DNA from: Chrysomallon squamiferum
Lineage: Eukaryota; Animalia; Mollusca
Length of the DNA stretch: 64,000 bases
Assembly: GCA_012295275.1 (NCBI GenBank)
Contig: CM022679.1
Coordinates: 1,116,001-1,180,000 of the forward strand
Direction of reading: 5' to 3'
The position numbers were made by a program, and so were the translations under genes. The first letter of the stretch is position 1, and every line of letters starts with the position of its first letter. The notes below the pieces were generated by a model. The model had not been told where the DNA came from. It was given only the letters and a program-made list of their open reading frames with translations, and made no database searches. Of the stretch, positions 23,547-53,007 are shown in pieces.

Positions 23547-26500
23547 CATACATACATACATACATTCATACATACATACAGTGATACCTTGACTTATGAG
23601 TTTAATTCGATCCGTGACCCAGGTCGTATCTCAATTTACTCGTACATCAAATCAATTTTCCAAAATGAAAGTAATTGAAATACGATTAATCCGTTCCAGC
23701 CCCTCAAAAACCACCCCATTTATTTTTATTTTATTTTTTGTAATGTGTTTTTAAATAAGAAAAATGAATTTATAAACGACAAATATTGCATAAAAACAAA
23801 ATAAACGAGAATATAAAGAAATAAATTGGTTTTGTAAAGTGTATTTATCTTGGAGATCAGAGAAATTATTTTAACGCCTTTGACTGGTGTTACAGCCTTT
23901 ATCAATTCCTTCTGCTTCAGTATGGTACATATCGTGAAGTACTACACTCGTACCGCCTAGCCAAGTTGACTACAGGCACACCTCACTCGTATTTTTCCAT
24001 GAAATCAAACTTTAATTCAATGGACATCGTTCGCTTCTTTTTTTAGGCACTGTCCTTTGCACTCACTTTCTTAGGATCCATGGCCAGAAAAGAAAATAAA
24101 ATTGGCAAAATACTTCACAAAAAGCGAGTACAACACAACAGAGATGCTTCAACGGCGAGGTAACCACGTGAAGTAAACGAGTGAGAAGCAGGATGCTGGC
24201 CGGATATTATACGTGTGTTGCACCAACTAGTGGCGGTATGTCTGAAGCTCGCTCGTAACTCGGATGCTGGCTCGCAACTCAAAGCAAAAAATGGACCGGG
24301 CCACTGGTCATAACTCGAAACACTCGTAACTTGGGCACTCGTAAGTCGAGGTACAACTGTATATATATATATATTTGTACACACATAAAACTAACTATAT
24401 TTACTAATGGAACAAACTGACGTTGTATCAAATAATGCTTCATACAATTTTTCAAAATTAGAGAAAGGAAAAATCAGTACATATTCATAAAAGCATTGTG
24501 TCAGTATTTTGGACAGGGTTCATTCCTCGCACATGCATTTCAAGCCGGGTGAACAATTTTCTGTTTTGCATGTCTTGGGTGACATTATACACACACACGT
24601 TCTTGTCTGATGTTGTTTTTGAATGAAAACTATACACTGGTTGCTTAACCATTTGCAACTCAGAAAAACACGTCTGTTTGACAGAATATTGAAGGTTTCG
24701 TCATGTCACGGTCTTTCTGAAAACCAGCGTCTTCCAGTCACTGGAATGCTACAAGCAGGAAAGGCACTGAACCAAGTTGGCTGCCGTTTTGATGTACATC
24801 GAAACACTACAAACTCTTTTCTGAGATGTTATCAACAACAGCGCAACACCCATCACTTGCCCGCGTGCGATATCACGTGAACAAGATAACCGTGTTCGGT
24901 TGCTTCATTTACGAAATCACTTCCAAACTCCAGTCTAACAGTTTGAAGTATTTCTGGGTTGTGACAAATTAGTGCCTGCACTGCACGGAATCGGTTACGG
25001 GAACACAGCATCCGGCCCCAACGAAGAGCCATACGTCCTCTTTTACTTCCACATCATCGGCAGGCTAGCTTAACATGGTGTCAGCAACATCTAGCGTTAA
25101 CACGTGATGATTCTGAGTTTATATTTTTAATCAATAAACATTTTGTTCTCTGTTCATAATGTACAGTAAACTTGTTCCGTTAGGACACACACTCACACAG
25201 CCACACACATGAACACACACGTATAAATACATACATAACAAACATACATACACCCATAAAATACATACATACATAAGTACATACATACATACCCACATAA
25301 ATATATGCACATACATAAATAAACACACAGACATACAGGCAAATACTCAGTATTGTGTATTTTTTGTTCTTACCTGATATGTAATGGTGGCGAGTTTTAC
25401 TCTCCAGTGTCGTCTTAATTGTAGCAGCATGCTAGGAAAAGCAATTTGTATATGCTATTACTTCTATGCCAAGTGTACGTATAACTGAACAACCTAATAT
25501 CTGACCTTCACTGTTCTCGAAAAGAAAAAAAGTTTAACTTATAAACTGCAACTTTTATGGACCAAACAAATAAATTTCGACAAAGGTTCAGTGTAGGTCC
25601 ACATGATTATCTTGAACCCTATCGGTTCAGTATAACGACAAAGTGGTTCAAAATCGAGATATCCGAGTATCTTTGGGGAATTCCATTTTCAATACAATAT
25701 CTTTCTGCTAACTGAGACTGCTTCACCAGTGAAGAGATATAGATTCAAAACTAGGATTAGAAAGATGAAAAAGGAAGGAAGGAATAAACATCAATTAGAA
25801 ATAGAATATTCATTGTGTCAGTTATATCGTCCAGGTATTCATATAGCAAACGTTTTGCAACATATGTTTCGTCATTTTTGATAGCAGCATGTCTGACTAT
25901 GTCATCAGAAGTCAAGTGAATGTGAAAACTCGTGTCTAGCTGTATTTTGAGTTTGTGACGTCTGGCTATTTATGGATTTCTTGGTACTAGTTTCAAGCTG
26001 TAAAAGGAACGTTAGTGCGCACGCTGCTCTTCTATCTAGGACAACGTCTGATATTTTCAGATTCGGAATCTTCATTTACTGATTCGGGCGGAGCACAGTT
26101 CTGTTCTGGCTCAGTTTGTTTGTCAGGTTCGGTGATGTTGTTGCTGTCGCCACGATTATGACGTCTCTGTTACGAGTTGTTCTGGCGGCACCTGCGTAAT
26201 CAGCATCAGACCACACGTTCAGGTTGAAGCACTAAATGCCGCAACATTCAATATGGGGCATGTAAAAATACCCGCCTGTAATTTTCCCAGACGCGACGCG
26301 AAATTCTTTTCCGATCCTTATGAACAAAAACTAAGTCCTAAACTACAAATATGTAATATCTTACATAGGCACCTGTATACTCACCGGCACTATATATTGG
26401 CAAAACTAGCAAAACATTACATTTACATGGGCGAAACACGATTTTTCATCGTCTTTATCTCCTCGGTTGATCTTCTGCTATCTTTAACATGACACAATGG

Positions 26501-27566
26501 TCGATGTGGACAGAGGAATCACACAGTTTTGACAAAATTCCTTTCCACCCATCAGAGGCTGAGACATGCCAGAGTTAAATATGGATACAGATTAAATACA
26601 ACTACACTTCCCCTATAACCACAAATACCATAACTGCTACTACTACAACTACCAGTTCACTCTTGAATATTTGATTATTTTTTACATTCAGAGCCTTGTC
26701 AGACGTACTGAAAACAACACAATAGTCATTGATAGATCCAGCCATCCATCCACCCAGCCATCCAGATATACATGCATAGATACAAACGTACGTACATACT
26801 TTTTTTATCGACATTCCTACATACATAAAGGCATGTATTCGTATGTACAATATTATTATTATTATGTGTCTTAGTAATAAATCAAACTGAATTATGTCAC
26901 CTTAGAAATGGATCTTCCGGGTCTGTGAAGCAGTGAGCGGCAGTCATGATCCAGTAGTTGCTGATCACGGAGCCAGGACATATACCAAAACTAACTTCAG
27001 TAGAAAATTCCACCCTAGACGTGAGGACTGCAAGCCATGGCTTCTCACCTAAAGTAATAGGTCTACGTCCTATAGCACGACCTTCAAACGACCGATTGTC
27101 TTCAATAAATAGACAAACAAGTAAATTAATTAATAAAAGAACATCATCATTATTATCATCATCATCTATCATCCATACAAATATACATACATATACATAC
27201 ATACATATATCATCCATCCATATACACATACATACATAAACACACATTTATATTTTCACATACGTTAATATATACATATATATTTTTACATATACACATG
27301 CACACATATACATACATACATATGCACATATACACTGAACTTTTCTGTATGTTAACAGTTCAGTTATGACAGAGCTGTTAAATTTTTCGTATATGGATCA
27401 GACAGGATCACTACAGCGTCTTGTCACTCACAATGTTACCCGTCTAAATAAATAATTTTCATTCACAGACTATCTACAGTAAGTTACAGCTTGGTCTGCT
27501 TCAGAGAAACACTTTCTTACCCACTGGAAAAATCGGAAGACTCAGAAGAAGGAGAAAACGAATCAT
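18513..27566 (-). CDS. SP3: secreted S1A serine protease, divergent paralog, 289 aa
   Basis: Exons (minus) 27566-27521, 27099-26901, 25431-25374, 23323-23209, 20676-20518, 19739-19603, 18668-18513; 870 nt in frame. EGR|AIGR, MTAAHC, NDIAL, TGFGN, IGITAGDSGASLVC. The exon-2 donor is inferred from phase. Confidence 0.88.
18690..19440. repeat. ~52-bp minisatellite in SP3 intron 6
   Basis: Unit gtgacactgattagtattatagcagtattatcatttttataatgtatacgtta, ~9 clean units plus degenerate ones. Confidence 0.9.
21643..23246 (-). repeat. Composite minisatellite built from the SP3 exon-4 3' end plus 5' splice site
   Basis: About 18 extra copies of agtctcagtaattcatttacatgaacacttt(a/c)atgaaa|gtgagcag, interleaved with 15-bp ctgagactagtgtaa units. 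Confidence 0.92.
23579..24359 (-). mobile_element. pogo/Tigger-family non-autonomous DNA transposon (~780 bp)
   Basis: TIRs CAGTGATACCTTGACTTATGAG / CTCGTAAGTCGAGGTACAACTG flanked by TA on both sides; disrupted MDPKKVSAKDSA*KKKRTMSIELK CENP-B-type HTH. Confidence 0.85.
24470..25105 (+). mobile_element. Tc1/mariner transposase relic in SP3 intron 3
   Basis: [32 protein letters not shown].. paired-like HTH followed by RNRLREHSIRP..RPLLLPHHRQA.LTWCQQH, with frameshifts. Confidence 0.8.
25500..26570. mobile_element. Unclassified old interspersed element in intron 2 (possibly Penelope-like)
   Basis: Homologous GC-richer blocks in intron 2 of SP4 (34420-35620), SP5 (44760-45920) and partly SP6 (49410-49850), absent from SP1/SP2; contains a CTGATGA..GAAAC motif. 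Confidence 0.4.
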
Positions 27567-27574
27567 GTTGACGA

Positions 27575-27630
27575 TGAAGTAAACAAGTGACGTGGTACGG
27601 ATTGTGCCAGCTTTTTATAGTCACCTGTTG
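27575..27630 (-). promoter_or_regulatory. SP3 core promoter (CAGGTG-ac-TATAAAA, Inr-like)
   Basis: Reverse complement of the SP1 promoter block; TATA at ~27612-27619. Confidence 0.65.
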
Positions 27631-28803
27631 TGTAACAAAATGATTTATGGGTGTGATTTCAGATGATGTGAACATGTATCTGTGTGCGGCATATGTGTGT
27701 TTGCGTATATATATATATATACACAAACAAAATACACAACCACACCCAGACACAAACACAGACGCACACACACGCACACATATGCAGGATACGTGAAATT
27801 CTATTACCCATTACATACATTTTGTCTGAAATTGTTCGACCTGTTAGTGTATCACTGTAACAAACTCTTACAGACTAACAGACTATAACCACTAAGTATC
27901 CGCAAAAAGAAAACAAAATAAAGTTAGTAAAGTAATGTCTGCTCTGTGACCAGAATCTGTGTAACATTTGATGCCTTTATCCAGAAAAGTGAATGCTGAA
28001 GAAACATTGAAAGAAAATATAAAAAATAAAAAAAAATGAGAAAAGAATATAAATTGTAGTTCGAAAAATAAATATTCACATCGAGACATATATCATAGAA
28101 AATATTAATATAATAACACTAATGTTGTTATTTTGGCATGGAAGACTGGAATGATATCATAAGAACCTCATTATCGTTACAACCAAGTTCTTTCAGTGTG
28201 TAAAGCGATGATGGACATTTATTTTCCGAATGCTGATAATAAATAAAGTTAAATCTCTTTACCTAACGAACCACTGTGAAAACAGCTGCCTACTCCTTTG
28301 TATTACTTCAAAGAACAACTTACATTTGTCAGAACAACTGACTAGTCTTTATTTCAATCTACTTTCTTTTGTTTAAGTTAAAATTTGATAATTCTTCTAA
28401 TCCAAGTAATATAGCCGTTGATCCTCATAAAAACAGCCGAATACTGTCCTGGAGAGTCCGCGCTCCCATACGATATAAATGCACACACAGCCACAGACAC
28501 ATATAGAAAGACAAATAGATAGATGGGTCAAGAGGGAGATAGATATGTAGACATAGATAGATAGACAGATAGATAGACAGACAGATATATAGATAGATAG
28601 AGATAGACAAAGATAGATTGAGAGATAGATAGAAGATGTATGAGCGTTATCATGTATCTACAATGAATTATACCTATACATATAAAAACATATTTCAAAA
28701 TATTTATTACAAAGAAACAATACAGTTTTACAGATATTTATTTTCTTTTGTTTAAATTAAAATTTGGCTCAACTGTAGCAGTATCATGTTACAAGCAATG
28801 ACA

Positions 28804-36617
<7,814 letters not shown>

Positions 36618-37147
36618 GCTGACGATAATGAAGTAAACAAGTGACGTGGTACGGGTTGTGCCAGTTTTTTATAGTCACCTGTTATGTAACAAATATTATT
36701 TGTAGGTGTGTTTATAGATGTCCTGAATAGATCTCTGTTTAGGCGTATGTATTTGAATCCGTAAATATATAAAACATAGATACACTCACACACACAGAAA
36801 TATATATATATATATTCAGAGAGACTGCCAGACAGACAGGTAGATAGACAGCCAAGGATTATATACAAGACGTAGAATGTTAATATTTATTTTGTGCATT
36901 TTCTCTGAAATTGTTTGAGGTATTAGTTAATCACGGGAATAAATTCTGCCATTGTCTTCATAAATATGTTTACTTCTTTTAGAGTAATATGAATACGTTC
37001 CACTAATGTCTTTTTCCTTTTCGTTTTATTAAATAAAAAAAATAAAATTTAAGACCTGTTCAGAGATGTATGAGCATCATCATTTATCAACAACGACGTC
37101 ATCCAGTAAAAGTATAAGACGACAATGAATGCCTACATTCAGTCAGT

Positions 37148-37218
<71 letters not shown>

Positions 37219-37403
37219 GATAGATAGATATATATAGATAGATATGATAACCATTTTTGATATGATATATATATATAATCCAGTGAATTAAAAGATATTT
37301 CAAAATATTTTTTACAAAGAAACAATTTCAGAGTGTTTTATTTTCTTTTGTTTAAATTAAAATTTGGATCAAATGTAGTGGTTTCATGTTAGAGGAAATG
37401 ACA

Positions 37404-38100
37404 TCATTTGATAATTTTTTGTATCCAAGTAACGTAGCCGCTGACTCTTGTAAAGATAGACGGTCTGTATCCTAACGATAACGTGCCAGCTAAGATGTAT
37501 TTCGTCCTGTTTCTACAAACCAGACCTCCACCGCTGTCACCCTTAAATCAATATAACAGTAGTGACACTGATTAATATGATAATAATATTATAATTTAAA
37601 AAATAATATAACACTAGTGACTAATATGATAGTAGTATGACCATCTTTACAATAATATGACAGTAATGACACTGATTAATATGATTAGTATTATTTTTTT
37701 TATAATAATATAACAGTGGTGACATCAATGAAAGTGGTAGCTATGCTGTCATAATTATTACAATATAACAGTAGTGACACTAACAAAGCTGCTAGTAGTA
37801 GTGTCATCTCTATACTAATATAAAAGAAATGGCACTGATGAATGTGGTAGCAGTACTGTCATCTTTAAAATAATATCAAAATTGTGTCACGGGTAAGTTT
37901 GGTAGCAGTTGACTCACTTTTGTAATAATATAACAGTTTGGTGACGTATTCATTTGTTTTGTAGCTTGGTACTGTGAGTAATTGTTGTTATATGTTGTGT
38001 ATGTTTGAATGTAAATGTGTGTATGTGTGAAATTGTGTATGATGGGTGTGTGCCAGTTTATGTCAAAATGTATTCTTTAGAGAGAGAGAGACTTTTTATT

Positions 38101-38162
<62 letters not shown>

Positions 38163-39137
38163 TGTGTGTGTGTGTGTGTGTGTGCTTGTGTGTGTCTTTG
38201 GCGTATGGTGTTTATATCCTTACCCCACAGACTGAAATGCGTTTTGAGCTGGAAGCAGCACATATTCTTTGTCGCATTCCAGTAACATAGAAATGACCAC
38301 AGGTGGTGCTAAGTTTTATTGGAACGTCTATGGTTTGTGCCACAGGTGACACAGGGCCACCTACAACAAACAAAAAACAAAAACAAACAAAACAAATGTG
38401 AATATCCTGGTATATCTGTGTACATTTACTCACTGCATTTTAGTTTGGATTTCTTTGTTTAAATATTTTTTTTAGAATGTATGACTGAACTATATAGTGT
38501 CTGTTTCAAATTATAGAAAGAAAGAAAAAATAAAGAAATGTAATAATGTATGTGTAGATTCATGATCCTTCTAAAGTTTGACTTTATATTCCAGGCATTC
38601 AGTAAATTAGGAAAAATTATTCGTGTTAAAGAAGGAGACAACGCAGTAGTAATATTTACATACTGGAAATAAATCTGATTCCATACAAACATTAATTTAC
38701 AGTTATTACTGGGGATAATAAAGCCGGGATAGAGTGGACATGTTTTTTTAAATACCTTTTTTTTCCCAAGCTCACAAAAATGGATTCATAACTTAAAAGA
38801 AAATTGTTTTAAAGAAATCTTTTTCCTTTCCTTAACCGGAGGTTCATTTATTATTTCATAGCAAAACTGGATCAAAGGAAATTTTTAAAAAGATACCAAA
38901 ATATATGAAAACCATTCTTTTTTTAATTCACGTTTGATCCAAACTGATATAGAAAGACACCAAAAACCTCGTTAATTTTACACTATTAAAATTATAATTT
39001 TTATTTTCAACCGAAATCATCTTTAAGAACTTTTCTCTTCATTAGTGTTGTCATTTGTTCAACATTATCAAAGTTCTATACAAAGTAAGGAGAATAACGA
39101 TTCACTGAACCAACCTGGTCTGGTACATCCCCAGCCA
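37404..39137 (-). other. Orphan 3' protease module: 23-nt exon-5 stub (39137-39115), intact exon 6' (38360-38224) and exon 7' (37541-37404). Either a truncated gene or alternative terminal exons of SP5
   Basis: GWGCTRP|gt; GGPVSPVAQTIDVPIKLSTTCGHFYVTGMRQRICAASSSKRISVCG; GDSGGGLVCRNRTKYILAGTLSLGYRPSIFTRVSGYVTWIQKIIK*. No stops, canonical splice sites, no exons 1-4 of its own. Confidence 0.8.
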
Positions 39138-39242
39138 TACATTTATTACGAAGAAACAGTAAAGTTTTGCTGATATTTATTTTATTTTGTTTAATCTAAC
39201 ATTTCTCTGAAATGAAGCAGTATCATATTACAAGAAATGACA

Positions 39243-46949
<7,707 letters not shown>

Positions 46950-47081
46950 GCTGACGATAATGAAGTAAACAAGTGACGTGGTACGGATTGTGCCAGTTTT
47001 ATAGTCACATGTTATGTAACAAAGATTATTTGTGGGTGTGATTTCAGATGATGTGAACATGTATCTGTGTGCGGCATATGC

Positions 47082-47139
<58 letters not shown>

Positions 47140-47169
47140 CCAGACACCCAGAAACGCAAACACACACAA

Positions 47170-47323
<154 letters not shown>

Positions 47324-48422
47324 GTAAAAAGATAGAAGATATCACAGGAAATATGAATAATCCCCTCAACATTTAAAATAATATACACTATGTGAAATTC
47401 TTTTACTTATTTTATACATTTTTATTGAAATTGTTTGACCTGTTAGTGTATCAGTGTAACCAAACTCTGCCATTGTCTTCATAAATGCAAGTACTTCTCT
47501 GAACTGTGTTTAAGTAATCAGTAGCAGTTATTTCATCAGTTAAGAAGCAACCACGAGAGTTCAGGAAAACAGATTTTCTTATATTAATGACTATTATCAC
47601 TAAGTATCCGAAAAAAGAAAACAAATAGTGAATATATTTGAAGTTTGCTTTGTGATCAGAATTTGTGTAACATTTAATGCCGTTATACAGCAAAGTAAAT
47701 GCTGAAAAAACAATGAAAGAAAAGGAAAAAGAAATGAAAGAAGATTTTAAATTTAGTTAATTATACTTCGTTTTCGTCACTACGATAGAAATATTCACGT
47801 CGAGACAATATCAAGGAAAATATTAATATAATAAAACTAATGCTGCTTTTTTGGCATGGAATAGTGGAATGACATCATAACATCCTTAAACAGCCTCATT
47901 ATCGTTACTAACAAGTTCTTTCAGTGTGTTATGTGATGATGGAAATTTATTTTCCAAACACTGATGATAAATAAAGTTAAATCTCTAACGAACCACTGTG
48001 AAAACATCTGCCTATTCCTTTGTATTGCTTCAAAGATCAACTTACATTTGTCAGAACAAACTGACTAGTATTTATTTAAACACTAAGAGTTGAAAGAAGA
48101 ACTTACACATTTTATATGATATGAGTTATATTCTATTCTTTCTCTATTTCTTTAATTAATGCCTCAAATTAGCTAATACCTCAAACAGTTTCAGAGAAAA
48201 TGCACAAAACAGGCATCAAAATTTGACGTATTGTGTATAGTCTATTTATCTATCTCTGTCTGTCTGCCTATATACATATGTATGTATGTATGTATGTATC
48301 TAAATGGGTGTGGCTGTGTGTGTATGTATGTTTATATGTATATATACATATATTTATACCCCACCGTTCACACGTATACACGTCATCTGTAAACACACCT
48401 ATACATATCATTTGTTACATAA

Positions 48423-48472
48423 CAGGTGACTATAAAACTGGCACAACCCGTACCACGTCACTTGTTTACTTC
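48423..48472 (+). promoter_or_regulatory. SP6 core promoter (CAGGTG, TATAAAA 48431-48437, Inr-like)
   Basis: Identical to the SP1 block. Confidence 0.7.
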
Positions 48473-48484
48473 ATTATCGTCAGC

Positions 48485-50786
48485 ATGATTCGTTTTCTCC
48501 TTCTTCTGAGTCTTCAGATTTTTCCAGTGGGTAAGAAAGTGTTTCTCTGAAGCAGACCAAGCTGTAACTTACTGTAGATAGTCTGTGAATGAAAATTATT
48601 TATTTAGACGGGTAACGTTGTGAGTGACAAGAAGCTGTAATGATCCTGTCTGATCGATATATGAAAACATACAGAAAAGTTCAGTATATATGTATGCATA
48701 TATGTCTGTATGTATATGAATGTATATGTATTTATATATGTATGTATGTTTGCATGTGTGTATGTAAGTATGTATATATTTTTGTTTGTATGGATGATGG
48801 ACGATAATGATAATAATGATGATGTTCTTTCATTTTGTTTCTTTTTTATTATTATTTTATTTTTTTTTTTGTTGAAGAAAATGGATCGTTTGAACGTCGT
48901 TCTATAGGAGGTAACTTCATTTCGAAAGGCGAGAAGCCATCGCTTGTACTTCTCTCGGGTAGGGTGCTACGTAGGAAACTGAGCGGTGGAATTGGAGAGT
49001 TTTCTGACCATCACTGTTGTGGCACCATCATCAGCAACACTTGGATCATCACTGCTGCTAACTGCTTTCGACACAGGTATGCAGATTTAAAGTCACATAA
49101 TTCCGTTTGATTTATTACCAAAACACATAGTAATAATAAGATTGTACGTACGAAGATATGCCTTTAAGTATGTCGGAATGTCGATGAGAAAGTATGTACG
49201 TACGTTTGTACCTATGCACATATGTCTGGATGGCTGGATGGATGGATGCATTTATCAATCTATGTTCTGTTGCCTTAAGTACGTCTGATAAGGCTTTGAA
49301 TGTAAACAGTATTCAGCAGCGTATTGGTAACGTCGAACATGATAGCAGTAGTACCTGTAGTAATAGTCGTAGCAGCAGTGGTGATAGCAATAGTACTTTT
49401 AGTTAGGGTATCTTGACGATATAACTGACACAATGAATATGCTATTTTGAATTGATATTTATTCCTTCGTTCCTGCTTATCTTTCTGATCCTCGGTTTTA
49501 AATCACTTCTGTGGTGCAGTAGTTTCAGTTAGGCGACAGCGTATAGAAAATGGAATTTCCAAAGGATACTCGGAATTCCCTATACTGAACCACATTGTCC
49601 TTATACTGAACGACCAGTTCAATATAAAAATCGATATGGTTCAGCACAGGTCACTTGGGATCTAAACTGAATCTTTGTCGATATTTGTATTTGGTCCATA
49701 AACTTTGAGATTACAAGTTAAACTTATATTTACTTTACGAGGGCATCTAACATACACCAAGTGGAACTAGACTGATCTACGTTGATTCCATCTGAACTGA
49801 GCAGTAAAGTTCAGAAGTTAGGATGTTTAATACACGTACACTTCCCCTGGTAGTAATAGCAATATGTAGTACTGGTGGTAGTAATGGTAGTTACCGTACA
49901 CAAAATTAATATACAAATTGTTTTTCCTAGCCCTAATTCGAGAAGAGCACGATACTGGAGAGTAACAGTCGCCACCGTTAGAATTCAGGTAAGAACAAAA
50001 CAATACACAATATTGTGTGTTTGTCTGTGTGTTTGTCTGTGTGTCTTTGTGTTTCTCTATGTATCCATGTATGCATGCATGTATGTGTGTGTGTCTGGAT
50101 GCATGTATCTGAGTTATGTATGTGTGTGTATGTATGTATGTATGTATGTGTGTGTGTTTGTATCTATTTACCTCAGAAAATAATACGATGATGTTTGGCA
50201 GTCTGTGCTACAAATATTTATTGATTAAAAGCGGGCGTATGGCTGCTAGTTGGGGCCGGATGCTCTCTTCCCGAAACCGAACCCTTACGCTGCTGGCACT
50301 AACTTTTAAACTGGCAGTTTGGAAGCGATTTCGTAAATGAAGCAACCGAACACGGTTATCTTGTTGACGTGACTTACTGCGCCAGCCTTTGTTGCCCTGT
50401 TGTTGATAACATCTCAGAAAAGAGTTTGTAGTGTTTCGATGTATCTCAACAGGGCAGATTTCTTGGTTTTGCGCCTTTCCTGCTTCTAGCATTCCAATGT
50501 CTGGAAGACGCTGGTTTTCGGAAAGATGTGACATGACGTAACCTTCAATATTCTGTCGCAGATATGTTTTGGCTGAGCAACGTTTCTTAGTATCATATGT
50601 ACCCTGCATAAAATACATGTACGAGGAATGAACCATGTCCAAAATATCGAACACAATGCTTTAATGAATTTGTATTGATTACTCCCTTCTCTAATTTTGG
50701 AAAATTGTACGAAACATTATATGATACGACGTGATTTTGTTCCATTAGTAAATATATATAGGTATGTATATGCGCGTGTGTGTGAA

Positions 50787-50819
<33 letters not shown>

Positions 50820-52703
50820 GTGTGTGTGTAAACATCAAAGCATTATTTATAAACATCAAAGCATTATTTATACGTGTCTATGTATGTACATGTAAGTATA
50901 TACATATGCATCTATGCAAATATGTATGTGTGTATGTATGTATTTATATATGTAAACACTTCATCATATATGCGTTTTCCTCTGTGTTTGCATGAAAGAA
51001 CATGTACACACGTTACTTATTTTTATTTATTTTCATTTCATTATCATCATGAAGGACAATTACATAGATAAAATATTCAGTACGGTTCGAAACAACAGTA
51101 CTCGTAGAACCAGACACAAGTGGGTGATCAAAGCCTCAAAAATTAAAGTTCATCCACAGTTTTCTAACGGTGAGCAGTTACCCTAAATCTACATTAATTT
51201 ACATCGACATCTATATTCACATATCACACCTCTATTAATTTACATCGACATCTATATTCACATATCACACCTCTATATTAACTTACATACACATCAATAC
51301 TTACATAATAAATTTGTATGTTAACAAACATACACATCAATATTTACATCACACACCTCTACATTAACTTACATACACATCAGTATTTACATAATATATT
51401 TGTATATAACTTACCTTCACATATGTTTACGTAGCACATTTCTACATTAACTTACATCCACGTCTGTTTAGTGATTTAAATACACGTCTCTCTAACACCA
51501 AACACCTATATTTACATCACAATCTCTACATTAAACTATATAAACATATATATTTTAATCATACCTCTCAACATCAACTTACATATGCATCTATGCTTAC
51601 AGAAAACATTCTACATTAAGTTATACAAACATCTGTTAACATAGCACATTTCTACATTCAGTTGCATGTACATCTATAATTACATAACAGTCTCCACATT
51701 AACTTACACCACACATCTCTAGATTAACTTAGATACTCATCTATATTTACATAAGACATTTCTACATTAAGTGACGTGCATATCTATAATTAAATAACAC
51801 GTTTACATTAACTTACACCGACATCTAGATTTAAACCACACATCTCTATATTAACTTACACCGACATCTAGATTTAAACCACACATCTCTATATTAATTA
51901 CCGACATTTCATTTCACATATCTACGTTACACCGACATCTTATATATACATCTATATTTACTTTCATCAAATGCCTTATATATACATCTATATTTACATC
52001 AAATGCATCTACATTAACTTACACGCACACATCACACACCATCGCCGCTATTATTATTATTATTATCACTGTTATTATTTATTTATTTATGTTATTTTAT
52101 TTTATTTATTTATTTATTTGATCTCTAATGACAAGCTGAGATATTTGTTATTTTTATTTTTAACTGTAACTTAGACTTTCCATTGTTGTAGTTATTTCTG
52201 TTACCATCGTGCCTGCTGTCTGTCTCATATTGCAGTGACGTATGTAAACGACATCGCCCTTGTGAAACTGGCCAAGAGGATACCTGCAGGACGTAAAAAC
52301 AGATATATACGGAAAATGGCCTTGCCGAGAAGAAACGAAAAGTTCCGTGGGGGAACACAGTGTTCCATCAGTGGGTGGGGGGGTCCTGAAAGAGGTGGGT
52401 TGAATGAAGCGCTGTTCTCCTCATGGTTTTCATATCTTTTGATATTTTTATCTTGATCCAGTTTTGCTTTGAAATAATAAATGAGCCTCTAGTTAATCGA
52501 AAGAAAAAGGTTTCTTTAAAACAAATTACAGTTATTTACTGTTTCAATCTTTACCATAATTTCAAACATACACTACGTTTCAGGCCTACATAACAATGTT
52601 CTTCAATAAAGACAGGCAAAACTTTGAAGAATGTTTTTTATTTCATCTCTTCAAATTAAAATACACCAAACTGTAGTGAGTGCACAAACATACCAGGATA
52701 TTC

Positions 52704-52751
<48 letters not shown>

Positions 52752-52899
52752 CCTATTTGTCACCAATTGCACGGACCATAGATATTCCAGTATTACGTAA
52801 CTCCTCCTGTTATCTATTCTTTGAAATGTCAATGCGAAACAGACTGTGTGCCGGTTACATCGAAATGGGGATTGGAGCCACTTGGGTGAGGAAGTAAAA

Positions 52900-52973
<74 letters not shown>

Positions 52974-52975
52974 CC

Positions 52976-53007
<32 letters not shown>

